From Macrostomum lignano (lineage: Eukaryota), in NCBI GenBank assembly GCA_002269645.1, contig NIVC01004958.1:1-30129 (forward strand): a stretch of 30,129 nucleotides of DNA, in the 5' to 3' direction. Position 1 is the first letter of the stretch. Every line of letters starts with the position of its first letter. Under the pieces are notes generated by a model. That model saw only the letters and a list, made by a program, of their open reading frames with translations. It had not been told where the DNA came from and ran no database searches. Below, piece after piece: positions 9,381 through 19,872 of this stretch. A program made the position numbers and the translations under genes.

Positions 9381-9750
9381 GTGGTAGTGGCCTTCTGGGG
9401 GTTTCTTCCTTTCTTCATTCCCTCTCCTTCCTTGAGCTCTAGGTGATCAAGTAGTGGTAGCCTTCTTCCCCGCCTTCTTTTAATGATACACCTCTAAGTG
9501 ATGGCAGTTTTTCGTCTTCCTCTCCTCTGGTAGAAGGGCAAATGGTGGCAGTTTCCCCGGCAATCCACTCTAATTGGTGACGGGTTCCCTCTTTCTCTTC
9601 CCTGTTAATGTACAATGGTGGCAGTTTTCCCTAGCAACCTCTCTCAAAATGGTGGCGATCCTCCTTTTCTTTTCTTTAGTAATGCGCCAAGGTGGTGGTA
9701 GGTTCCCCTTTCTCTTTTATAATAGTACATCAAACTGGTGGCAGTCAAAT
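9381..9750. repeat. Degenerate array of about nine 33-72-bp units, each a TGGTGGCAG-like core plus a pyrimidine tract
   Basis: Cores at about 9382, 9452, 9499, 9543, 9575, 9616, 9650, 9693 and 9736; the copy-2 equivalent is 18431-18805. Confidence 0.75.
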
Positions 9751-10099
9751 TAATGATTAATTCCTCTTTCAAACTCTTTCGGCTGTTAAGTTTTTGAGGG
9801 TTTCGGAGATGTGAATGAGGCCTGTGTGTGTTTTTCTGTGTGTGCCACTATTTTTAATTTCACTATTTTTCTAATAAAAACTTGTTTTTCTAATATGCCA
9901 CCTTTTACTAATAATATACGAGTCTTTGTTGTGCGTCAATCAAATTCATAAAAATAAGTCTGTGTTGGCCTCTCACTCTTAGTACCGTAAGAAAAGACAT
10001 ATTGTACTACTACAGTTGGCTCAGTTTAATATGAAAGGCATGGCAAGTGGGTGGATTTCGTTTAACGTATAGGCGAAAGGAAATCAGGTTGGTGATGGG

Positions 10100-10280
10100 A
10101 CTTACCGAGTAGTTGTATAGTTTGGAAAATCGCGCTGAGTGCCTTGGTTGGAAACTGCGACTCCGTGTAGGTTGCAGGCAGCCGGCTCCCGTTATCAGTG
10201 GCGCCTTTTATACAGTGGCCAGCGCACGGCGCGGCGCCTCCCAGCCTACAACCGATCGCCCCGAAGCCCTCTGACTGGCT
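10100..10280 (-). promoter_or_regulatory. Candidate antisense promoter and first exon: CCAAT-like box, TATAAAA, donor TCG|GTAAGT
   Basis: On the minus strand: AGCCAGTCAGAG (10280-10269, 11/12 identical to the LTR CCAAT context), TATAAAA 10212-10206, donor GT 10105-10104. Same order in copy 2 (TATA 19267-19261, GT 19160). Confidence 0.55.
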
Positions 10281-10800
10281 GAAGCGGGGTCCGAGCCTTC
10301 AAGGACGCTAGGCCTCCGTGCGGTTGAACTCCCGGCGAAATTAGCTTATTAATTTACTGCGCTGCATTAGTATTTTTCCCCTGTGTAATTGTCATTCTCC
10401 CCGAGGCTCTGCCCTTGGCTGTGTGCTAGCAACCCTTCCCCCCTTCTTTTTCCCCACTTCCCTCACCCTTCCCCGTTTCCTCTCTTTCCCAGCTGCGCTT
10501 CTATCCAATTATGATAATTTATTGTTGACAATTCGCTATTTTTCTCCCTACTATTGCGCTGTCTGTGTTTCCCCCCTCCCACTTTAGCCACAGCAACAGT
10601 TGAAATTTTTGAAATTCTGTATTGCACTCCAACCTATGTATCTCGTTTTGTGAATTTATTGCTATCCCCTCTATTTTATCGCCTTTTTCCATTCCCGCTC
10701 GCGGTTTGTTAATTCTGTGATTTCACGTTCGGTTGAGATCCCGCTCCCGTCTGTGTGGTTCCATGTTGGGCAGTGATGATGACGGAACCAGTTCCGTCAC

Positions 10801-10817
10801 AAAAGGCAGTGGGGGTG
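10801..10817 (+). promoter_or_regulatory. Polypurine tract
   Basis: AAAAGGCAGTGGGGGTG directly abuts LTR2. Confidence 0.8.
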
Positions 10818-13034
10818 TGATGTAACCACGCTCTGGTCGCGGGATAGGGCATGGGAACTTTTTCGAAAGTGCCTCCTATCCCGTGCACCCTCTGCACAGA
10901 GCTGTCGAGACTCGGCCAGGTCTCCGACCGGGCCTGGAGACTCCCGCTCTGCTGCACCCCTCCTGCTGCCTTGGTCCCGTCTCTCCTGCCGCCACACCTG
11001 CCTTTCCGGAGCCCCTACCCCTTTCTGTACCTCCCCCTCTACCCTATCTCTTCTGTTCCCGCCCTATTCTTCCTGTACTTTCTCTACCTCCTCCCTTTTT
11101 TTGTCTCCCTCTGCACTCTTTTCCTGCGCTGTCCCCTCTTTCCCTGTGTCTACTTACAGTACTTTGTGTGCTCACCGTCTCCCCATCCCCTCTCAAACTC
11201 CCAAACGGTGACGCAAGTCGTGTGACCCCTTCTCCCCCTCGGTGACTCATCGATGACTCATCCCCCTCTCTTGCGCAACCTTTTCTCACGCTATTGTTCT
11301 CCTTCCCAAATTTCTCATGTGACACCCACCCCACCTCCGCTTCTATTGTTCTCGTTTTTGCTTCTTTTGTTCTCTCGACCCCCACCAATTATCACATTTT
11401 CTCCGATTTTCTCTTTCTTTTGTTCTCGTTTTCGCACCTAATTATCACCTTTTCTCCAATGTTTACTTTTCCATTGTTCTCAGTTTTCCCCAATTATCCC
11501 CGATTTCCAATTCCTTTGTTCTCGACCCCAGCCCTATTGTTCTCAATGTTTGCTTGCGCAACACTTTCGCGACCACCCGCTGCGCCAATTATCCCCCACC
11601 CCACCTCCGGATTGCGCAATTTCCCGATTTCTCATGTTGCTATGCCGGTCTCATGCTTCTCATCATGACTCATTCTGACGTCATTCTGCCGGCAGCCAAT
11701 CAGAGAGAGGGAGCCATGGTAACGACCTTGAGGAGGCGGCTGTGAGGTCTATAAAAGGAAGCGATTTCGGCATGAGAATACTCAACTGAGTTTATCTCTG
11801 TTCCTCTCCTCGTCCTTCTTTGGACTTGCTGTCAGATTGAGTTCTGACCCATTCGTCTATAAGACGAATCCCTGCCGGTCCGCGGTCTGTTACCGCCAAG
11901 TTATCCTTAGCTCCCCAAGTGAGCTCGCCTATCGGCCAGCGGTCTGATACCGCCCAGCATCATCAGCATCGCCTGATCTACATCAGCGCCTCGTCGCTCC
12001 AGCGCATCGCCGCTTCACCGTCTGCCTGACTGCAGCCTACAGCCGCCCTCGGTCACTCCGCCTCTCTCTCTCTCTGTGCAGCTGCCGGTAAGTTCCTGCT
12101 ACTAATTTGTGCTCTAATTGCCTTTGCTTATCCGGGGTTTGCCTATTTTCCATTGTCTGATTAGAGAGCTGAGCCAATTGTGATACCGTATCTTTTGCTG
12201 TATTTTACTCAATAGTGAAGCCGCCTAATTGCCTGCTTATTTGCCTAAGGGCCTAATTATTAACTATTAACTAACTTCATCATTATTCAATCTTTCACCA
12301 TCATTTCACTCATGGCTTGCTAAGCCTTTCTCCCGGGGTGGCAAAGCATAAGGAAGTTTGGGTAAGCTAATGGCCTCTCCCCGTGCAAAGCCCGCCTGTG
12401 AGTGCGTGCTGCGGGGCCGCGTGTGCGTGCAGTAGAGGGATTAGCGAGTCTTGGCACAGAATGGCAGTAGGAAGGTTGCAACCCCATGCTAACGCGTCCC
12501 TTCGCCCTGAGCAATCTAAACTGTAGACAGTACATGTTCGCCTCATACTACTCTTAGTAATCAAAGTCGCAAGTCAGCCTCGCTCACAGCCACAAAGGAT
12601 CCCCTGCTGAGAAATCCTCCAGGATTGAGCCCAGAGTTCCCGATCATGCCCCAAGCAGAGTCCCTGTACTCGGCTGCATGCGTCTCCCCTGTTAGCCTAA
12701 ATCCCCTGGTAACCAATCCAGGCGGGGCTCTAGCCTCGAGAGGTCTGGTAGAAAGATCCAGGTGCGCCAGGTCACATAGAGTGGTGGCAGCCACTCGGTC
12801 ATACCATGACCGAGTGACCAACTATTGCACCTTGGCTACAGGTGGGGTCCATGTGGGTCCTTGGCCCTCTGGTCACGAAGCGCTACCAAAGCTACTAATC
12901 ATGTGGGCGGGACAGTCTGGTGCTGGAGGTCCGTCAGGTCATTGCCCGGTCATAGGCAGCCTACGGTCATTGCCCCCTCTAGCCATGCGTTCGTCTCTCT
13001 ACGGAGCGGACAGGCGACAAGGGCGGTTACATCA
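10818..13034 (+). repeat. LTR2 (2217 bp), shared central LTR
   Basis: Same termini as LTR1; differs from LTR1 only by two homopolymer indels by eye; preceded by a PPT and followed by a PBS. Confidence 0.96.
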
Positions 13035-13037
13035 AAA

Positions 13038-13055
13038 TGGTGGCAGCGGTGGGAT
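13038..13055 (+). promoter_or_regulatory. Primer binding site, tRNA-Leu (copy 2)
   Basis: Identical to 4004-4021. Confidence 0.9.
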
Positions 13056-15404
13056 CTGGTGCAAACAGCGCTGAGTTTCGGACTGGTGGTTTAGATGTGA
13101 CAAGCGCACCTGTGGCATCCCTCAGAATGGTGGCCGAAGCGCAAAGAGTGCCATGTCTAAATCTACCAATCGTAAAAATCGCCAATCGTCATTCTCTTCT
13201 CCCATGGCGTGAGGCAACAAAATCCAAAAATATTAATGTAACTTTTCAAATTTTTCGGGCTGCGAATTCGTTCAATTCATTCGAAATTTCCAAATTCATT
13301 CATTCGCCAAAAGCCCCTGATTCAATTTAAAATTAATTTAGCCGATCAGTTTCAGCGCTAGAAAGTGTGAAGTGGTAGACGAGCGGATTTGATTACAATC
13401 AGAATAGCTACCTGGTAACGGAGTGTGTGAAGAACTGCGAAAGTGAATTTTCCGGACTCACTTTCTATTTCATGGTAATATGCTTTATTTCCCCTCCCTT
13501 TCTTTCTCTCGCCTAGCCTACAGCAGAACTGTGTGAGTGTTGAGGTGGACAGCCAGCCAGGTACGGAAGCCTCATCACGCAAGCACAGGGAAGCTGGAAG
13601 CGAAGCATTTCTTTCCTTTGTCCTACCTCTTTCTTTTACTCGGGGAGTGTAACAGTCGCTCTCCCTGATCGCTCAGTTAATCCTAGAAATGCGTAGAGAC
13701 CGGAGCGTGTTTTGTTTGTCCATTAGAATGAACAGCTATCAAGGGCTATGGGGAACTCGCTATATATGCATAGTAAGGGAAGCAGTAGTCATGGCCTTGG
13801 AAACATTGGGGGATACCAAAGTCTCGCAGGAATGGGAATAGCGGTGTGATTGTATCTCTGTAGGGTATCAGTGTGACTCAAAAATCTCGGGCTAAAAAAA
13901 GTGTCACCTCCTATGGAATACCTGCGATCAGCCCGGACCTGAATTCTGCGGTAACCCCTGGTGCCTTCATGGCTGGGATTCGATCCCAACGTGTCTGCTG
14001 ACTCTCCCCACTGTATTGCAGACCCGGTAGTAACTGCTTTGGTTGCATTTGGGCTGGTGCAGTGGCTGGAAATAGTAGATCCCATAGTATCCTATTGATA
14101 GTGGAGTTCAGTGAGTATTGGAATGGTGTACTGGAAGTCTGGTGGCCCCCAGTGATCTCGTAATGTTTCCTGCTGCATTCTCCTCCTTTAGTAATTCCTC
14201 CCCCCTGCTGTCAGTCTGATAGGGGAGGTGGGGTGCCAATCAGCCCGACCCGGTAGAACGGCGCTCCTGCCCGACTTGTCAGCCTGGCCCAGGAAGGCGC
14301 TATTGCGCAACTCTTTTCCCCTCTGGCCACTGCAGCCCACTAAGCGCTTAGACGCAGGGTTGCATGCAGTCCCCTAATGTAAAGCCCCGGTACATAGAGT
14401 GCCACCCCAGTGCCCCGCAAGGTCAATAAGACGGGTTGACGTCTCTGGCAACTTGGAATAACCTAGATGGAGGTACCGCTGTCTCCTGGTAGAACCGGGC
14501 GTTCAAGTACAGTAAAGTGGAGAGGCTGACAACTGTAGGACTTTCTCCGCCATCAGATAAAGGTCCCAAGTATGCTATTTCGAGCTGCAGCAAAGGTGGA
14601 GTATCGGAGGGGCAAGCATTTCAGGAAGATACTCACTTAGGTCTGTTTATCCTAGGAAAGCGGGCGAGAGTTTCAGGCTTGTAATCCGCCTAACCTGAAA
14701 ACTTCGGGGACAGTTTAGTCTGGACTCCCGCTGCGCGCCTTCGCTCTGAACAGAAGGGGAGGTCTTGGTTTTTGTGGATTCTGCTAGACGTAGGGGAGCT
14801 GGATTCCCGCCTTTTGTGAAGCTGCGTGTACAAGATTGGTAGTCCTGAGGTGGAAGCCCCACTGGACTCCGACGGTTTTCCGGCTGTGCAAGGGCAGTAA
14901 AGTGGGAGGACCTCCATGGGGATTGCTCCCGCCACTTGGGTTTTTGGGTCCAGGCGCCAACGCTTCTTCGTAGTAGCTTTCTTAAGGAAATGGGGTCCGG
15001 CGCGCAACCCTAGGGGAGAATTTGTACAGGTGCCGTAAGTCCGTTTACGGTCGGCATTTGGGTTCCCTAGCATGGCCGCAAAATGAAGGTCAAGTCTCTC
15101 TGAATAGCCAATTTTTCCCTGTCAGGATGTGCCATAGACAACTGGTAGTGGTAGCCGCAGTTTGAGTCAGTGTGCTTTGCCGAGTGAAGCCGTTAGGACT
15201 GCCTAAATGGAATTATGTGGAGCCACCCGTTTTTCAATTTGTTTTCTTCGACGCCGCAAGTGTGTGAGTTTTGTCTGTGTTTGTGTGTGTGTGAGTGTGT
15301 TTGTGTGTTTCGGATCAACTTTTCGGTCTTTACCTGTAGTTGCCCCGGTTTTCTTTTCTTTTCCTTCCCGGTAGTGGGTACTCCCCCAGCTATCCGGCAT
15401 TCAC

Positions 15405-16849
15405 ATGTCACGGGCGCGTGGAGATAGGGTCGTAGAAGCTGTGTGCGCAGACGCCCCTGGTCAACCACCCTCGGCCGCTGACACCCCAGCAGTTGCCGCC
15501 CCCGCAGCCGCAATGGCCGCAGCCGCTGGTAACCAGGTCCCTCAGCCTCCAGAAGCAGTAGTAGTTGAGGAACCAGATGAAGGAGTAGCAGCTCCCGCTC
15601 CCAATCAGGGTGACGCAGCAGCCGCCGCTGCTCCCCCGGACGCAGCCCAGAATCCTCCTCAGGCAGTCCCGCAGCTAGGAGACTTAGTTGCCGCTATAGC
15701 CAATGCGTTTAACCAGCTAAACATGGGCCAAGACGCCCAGAGGCCGAAAATCTACGTAGAAAAGTTCTCTCCCGGCGAACACTGTTTTGTGCAATGGGTA
15801 GAGAGAATGATCTACAAGCTGGACGCGGAGAGAACTGTAGGAGATCAGGCTAGGAAGCAGGTGCTCATCTCGCACCTCCCAGGTGAATTTCAGAACTTAG
15901 CCTTAGGATTGGACGGGCAATTGCCCTTTGAGCAGTTCGTATCTAGATTAGGAGAGCAGTTGGGCGAGGCCAACACTGATCTGGCTAAGAGAAATAAGCT
16001 GAAGAATCTGAGCCAGAAACCCGGCCAATCACATAGTGCTTTTGCTGCTATGATAAGATCTCAGATAACGGCCATGTTTCCTCAGATTCAGGGTGAGCAG
16101 AGAGAACAAGAAATCGTGTACACCTACTTGGAACACGCTAAGCTCCCCCGCCAGGTCAGACAAGATCTGTTGAGCCGTCGCTGGCAGACAATTGAGCAGG
16201 TGTTAGAACAGCAGCAAGCCCTGTTAGAAGCCGCAGACTTAGCCGGGAAATGGGACAGTAGTGGCCCGCCCAGGTCTGAGTCCCGCACCGAAGTCCGTCT
16301 GCAACCTCAGCAGCCACCCAGGCCCCCTCGCAAGTGGGTCAGGATGGTGAACCAGGAAGCTGACGAGACGGAGGAGGACGGTGACGGCCTATCAGAGATG
16401 CAAGAGAGGTTGGGCGCGCTAGAGCAAACGCAAAAGGATCTGCGCAACCAGCTGGTGCAGCTCAATGAAACTATGAAGGCGACAGCAGAGTCTGTTGCCC
16501 AGCTGCCCCAGCAGATGAGGCCCCCTCGCCCCGCCACTCCCAACAGGAACTGGAGGCAGGGGCAGGGCGGCTCTAATAGCAGTAGGAACTGGCGCCAACC
16601 CAGCCCCCGCCGCTTGCAATTCAGGAGGCGCCCACGCCGCCGGCGCCGGGTGTGCAGCAGCAGCAATTGCAGCTTCGTGCGCCACCTGATCGCCATAGGC
16701 AAGATTTAGAGGAGTGGGGCAGAGATATGTTAGACGAGGCTACCAGGGAGAGGCAGGAGAGGCTCGCCCAGCTGCGCGCGCAAGCTCTGATGCCTCCTCC
16801 TTCCACGCCTGAAGAGCCCCCGGGTTCGGGAAACCCGTGGGAGGGCTGA
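15405..16849 (+). pseudogene. gag: gag copy 2, frame broken by a 1-bp deletion in a C run at ~16598-16600 (real or consensus error)
   Basis: Otherwise nearly identical to copy 1 (one G->D change). AACCCCAG becomes AACCCAG, giving ORFs 15405-16709 and 16652-16849. Confidence 0.8.
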
Positions 16850-17352
16850 ATGGCCCGGCCCGAACTCAGCCCCGTTCCCTCTCTAGGGCCCAGCTTAACC
16901 TGCCACGTCCGCCCAGCAAGAAGTTTAGATTTGAGAAGGTACCCGATTTCTATCAGCCAAGACCAGCTAGAGGACAACGCGGGAGAGATATTGTTGTAGA
17001 GTTGCCAATTGAGAATGTTCCCACCCGCCTCCTGGTAGATGGGGGCAGTGCGCTGTCTTTGCTAACAGTCAAAGACTTTACTAAAATTACCGGACAGAGT
17101 GTGGAGGCCCTGGAGCCCCCATGTGTGAAGGCCGTGTCCTACACGGGCAATGAATTAGAGATGCTAGGCCAGGCCACCCTCACAGCAGTTATTGGGCTAG
17201 AAGAGGTGAGAATCCTCTTTCTGGTCGTTGGCAATTCAGCAGCAGTTTCCCTCCTGGGTAGTGCTTTTCTAGCCAGTACGCATGCTATCATAGACTATCG
17301 AACAGAAAAGGTTTACTTGCTAGGTGTGAGTCTCCCATTCGACCCCCGCTGA
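16828..17352 (+). CDS. Aspartic protease domain, copy 2 (-1 frame)
   Basis: Translation identical to copy 1; slippery site at 16828-16834. Confidence 0.82.
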   Translation, partial: GKPVGGLNGPARTQPRSLSRAQLNLPRPPSKKFRFEKVPDFYQPRPARGQRGRDIVVELPIENVPTRLLVDGGSALSLLTVKDFTKITGQSVEALEPPCVKAVSYTGNELEMLGQATLTAVIGLEEVRILFLVVGNSAAVSLLGSAFLASTHAIIDYRTEKVYLLGVSLPFDPR

Positions 17353-17935
17353 GTAACAGATCGGTAGCTAGCCAGTGATTGCTTAATTCCCCCCCCCGAT
17401 TCGCGTGTCGAAATTTTGCTCGTGTTGCCCCGTTGGAGACCGCTTTTCGCGTATTTACGTATGCCCTCTATTACTCGAATTTATGTTGTGACCTCGTGCT
17501 CGTTGGTGTTGTTTAAATATCTAAGATTTTAGCTCGAAAATTAGGCCCGTACAGTATGCGTTAATTCCCTATCAGTAAATATTAACTTGGAAACTAGTAA
17601 AATTTCTATGGGTCTGCTCCACAGGAGGTCCTGCCCCGCTGTTTAAGATTTTCTGGGAACAATGGAAGTCTGGGACCGTAGGAAATTAGCACCTTTAGGT
17701 CTGATTTCGTGTGTTTGTTCACACTTTGTGAAAGTCCGATTTTGGGAAACTTTTAATTGGTTTCGATGAGGCAATAGGGGGCATTCAATGTAATTAAGTT
17801 TATCAGGCAAATGGGGCAGCAATTAGTTTAGAGTAGGCCAGTGGTTTAGTCAATGTAAAGTCAGGTAAGTAATTAAAGTCAAGTTATGGGGACAGATGTT
17901 CAGAATTAGTAAGTAAGCATTAAGAACCACCAGCA

Positions 17936-18342
17936 TCAGCAGTTGGGAAGCCGCAGAAATAGCTCCAAGAGCAGTAGCCAGTGCATTGTGAGACCGGCTA
18001 TTAGGGCCGTCGACAGCACGACCAAATGCCAGGAGCCGTCGGTCTCCACCACAGGGGTTGGCAAGGGCTGTGGAGCGGCAGCCACGGGCGTCACCGCGGC
18101 GACCGGCGGCGGAGCGTGCGCTCGGGCTGACAACGGCGGTGGTACCGGATGCCAACCGGCCCCGGACGCTGGTTCGCTGGCGGCCCGGCGGTCGCATGGC
18201 CCGGGAGCCGCGGCGCCTATGTCACCAGATGGCGCAGCCGGCCCAGAATCAGAGGGGGCGTCCGGCTCTGAATGGCTGTCTTCGGGCGCTTCGTAGTCGG
18301 ACTCCTCTTCAAGGATGGGCTCGGCTACTAGCGGCCGGAATC
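17936..18342 (-). CDS. Antisense exon, copy 2: continuous ~135-codon frame lacking ATG (FRPLVAEPILEEESDYEAPED...WHLVVLSTALIAGLTMHWLLLLELFLRLPNC)
   Basis: An extra C relative to copy 1 joins the acidic upstream frame to the hydrophobic-tail frame; acceptor AG at 18344-18343. Confidence 0.4.
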
Positions 18343-19855
18343 CTGAAAATGAGAATTTAAGGGATGAAATAGAAGTAGGGAACTAGCCGGGTATTAGGAT
18401 GTAGATAGATGGGGATTTTAACTTTATGGCGTGTGGTAGTGGCCTTCCTGGGGGTTTCTTCCTTTCTTCATTCCCTCTCCTTCCCTTGAGCTCTAGGTGA
18501 TCAAGTAGTGGTAGCCTTCTTCCCCGCCTTCTTTTAATGATACACCTCTAAGTGATGGCAGTTTTTCGTCTTCCTCTCCTCTGGTAGAAGGGCAAATGGT
18601 GGCAGTTTCCCCGGGCAATCCACTCTAATTGGTGACGGGTTCCCTCTTTCTCTTCCCTGTTAATGTACAATTGGTGGCAGTTTTCCCTAGCAACCTCTCT
18701 CAAAATGGTGGCTGATCCTCCTTTTCTTTTCTTTGGTAATGCGCCAAGGTGGTGGTAGGTTCCCCTTTCTCTTTTATAATAGTACATCAAACTGGTGGCA
18801 GTCAAATTAATGATTAATTCCTCTTTCAAACTCTTTCGGCTGTTAAGTTTTTGAGGGTTTCGGAGATGTGAATGAGGCCTGTGTGTGTTTCTGTGTGTGC
18901 CACTATTTTTAATTTCACTATTTTTCTAATAAAAACTTGTTTTTCTAATATGCCACCTTTTACTAATAATATACGAGTCTTTGTTGTGCGTCAATCAAAT
19001 TCATAAAAATAAGTCTGTGTTGGCCTCTCACTCTTAGTACCGTAAGAAAAGACATATTGTACTACTACAGTTGGCTCAGTTTAATATGAAAGGCATGGCA
19101 AGTGGGTGGATTTCGTTTAACGTATAGGCGAAAGGAAATCAGGTTGGTGATGGGACTTACCGAGTAGTTGTATAGTTTGGAAAATCGCGCTGAGTGCCTT
19201 GGTTGGAAACTGCGACTCCGTGTAGGTTGCAGGCAGCCGGCTCCCGTTATCAGTGGCGCCTTTTATACAGTGGCCAGCGCACGGCGCGGCGCCTCCCAGC
19301 CTACAACCGATCGCCCCGAAGCCCTCTGACTGGCTGAAGCGGGGTCCGAGCCTTCAAGGACGCTAGGCCTCCGTGCGGTTGAACTCCCGGCGAAATTAGC
19401 TTATTAATTTACTGCGCTGCATTAGTATTTTTCCCCTGTGTAATCGTCATTCTCCCCGAGGCTCTGCCCTTGGCTGTGTGCTAGCAACCCTTCCCCCCTT
19501 CTTTTTCCCCACTTCCCTCACCCTTCCCCGTTTCCTCTCTTTCCCAGCTGCGCTTCTATCCAATTATGATAATTTATTGTTGACAATTCGCTATTTTTCT
19601 CCCTACTATTGCGCTGTCTGTGTTTCCCCCCTCCCACTTTAGCCACAGCAACAGTTGAAATTTTTGAAATTCTGTATTGCACTCCAACCTATGTATCTCG
19701 TTTTGTGAATTTATTGCTATCCCCTCTATTTTATCGCCTTTTTCCATTCCCGCTCGCGGTTTGTTAATTCTGTGATTTCACGTTCGGTTGAGATCCCGCT
19801 CCCGTCTGTGTGGTTCCATGTTGGGCAGTGATGATGACGGAACCAGTTCCGTCAC

Positions 19856-19872
19856 AAAAGGCAGTGGGGGTG
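19856..19872 (+). promoter_or_regulatory. Polypurine tract (copy 2)
   Basis: Identical to 10801-10817; abuts LTR3. Confidence 0.8.

Noticed and set aside
9381-9750. CRISPR-like repeat-spacer array
   Set aside because: Eukaryotic context, no cas genes, short degenerate cores, and spacers related to one another; a decayed tandem repeat explains the form.
4001-10817. RT, RNase H, integrase, env or tyrosine recombinase
   Set aside because: No ORF long enough and no YxDD, HHCC/DDE or RHRY motifs seen. TG..CA direct LTRs with PBS and PPT also argue against a DIRS element.
18548-18829. 93-aa minus-strand ORF (MKEELIINL...)
   Set aside because: It is a translation of the purine-rich strand of the repeat array, starts at a non-ATG codon, and is disrupted in copy 1.
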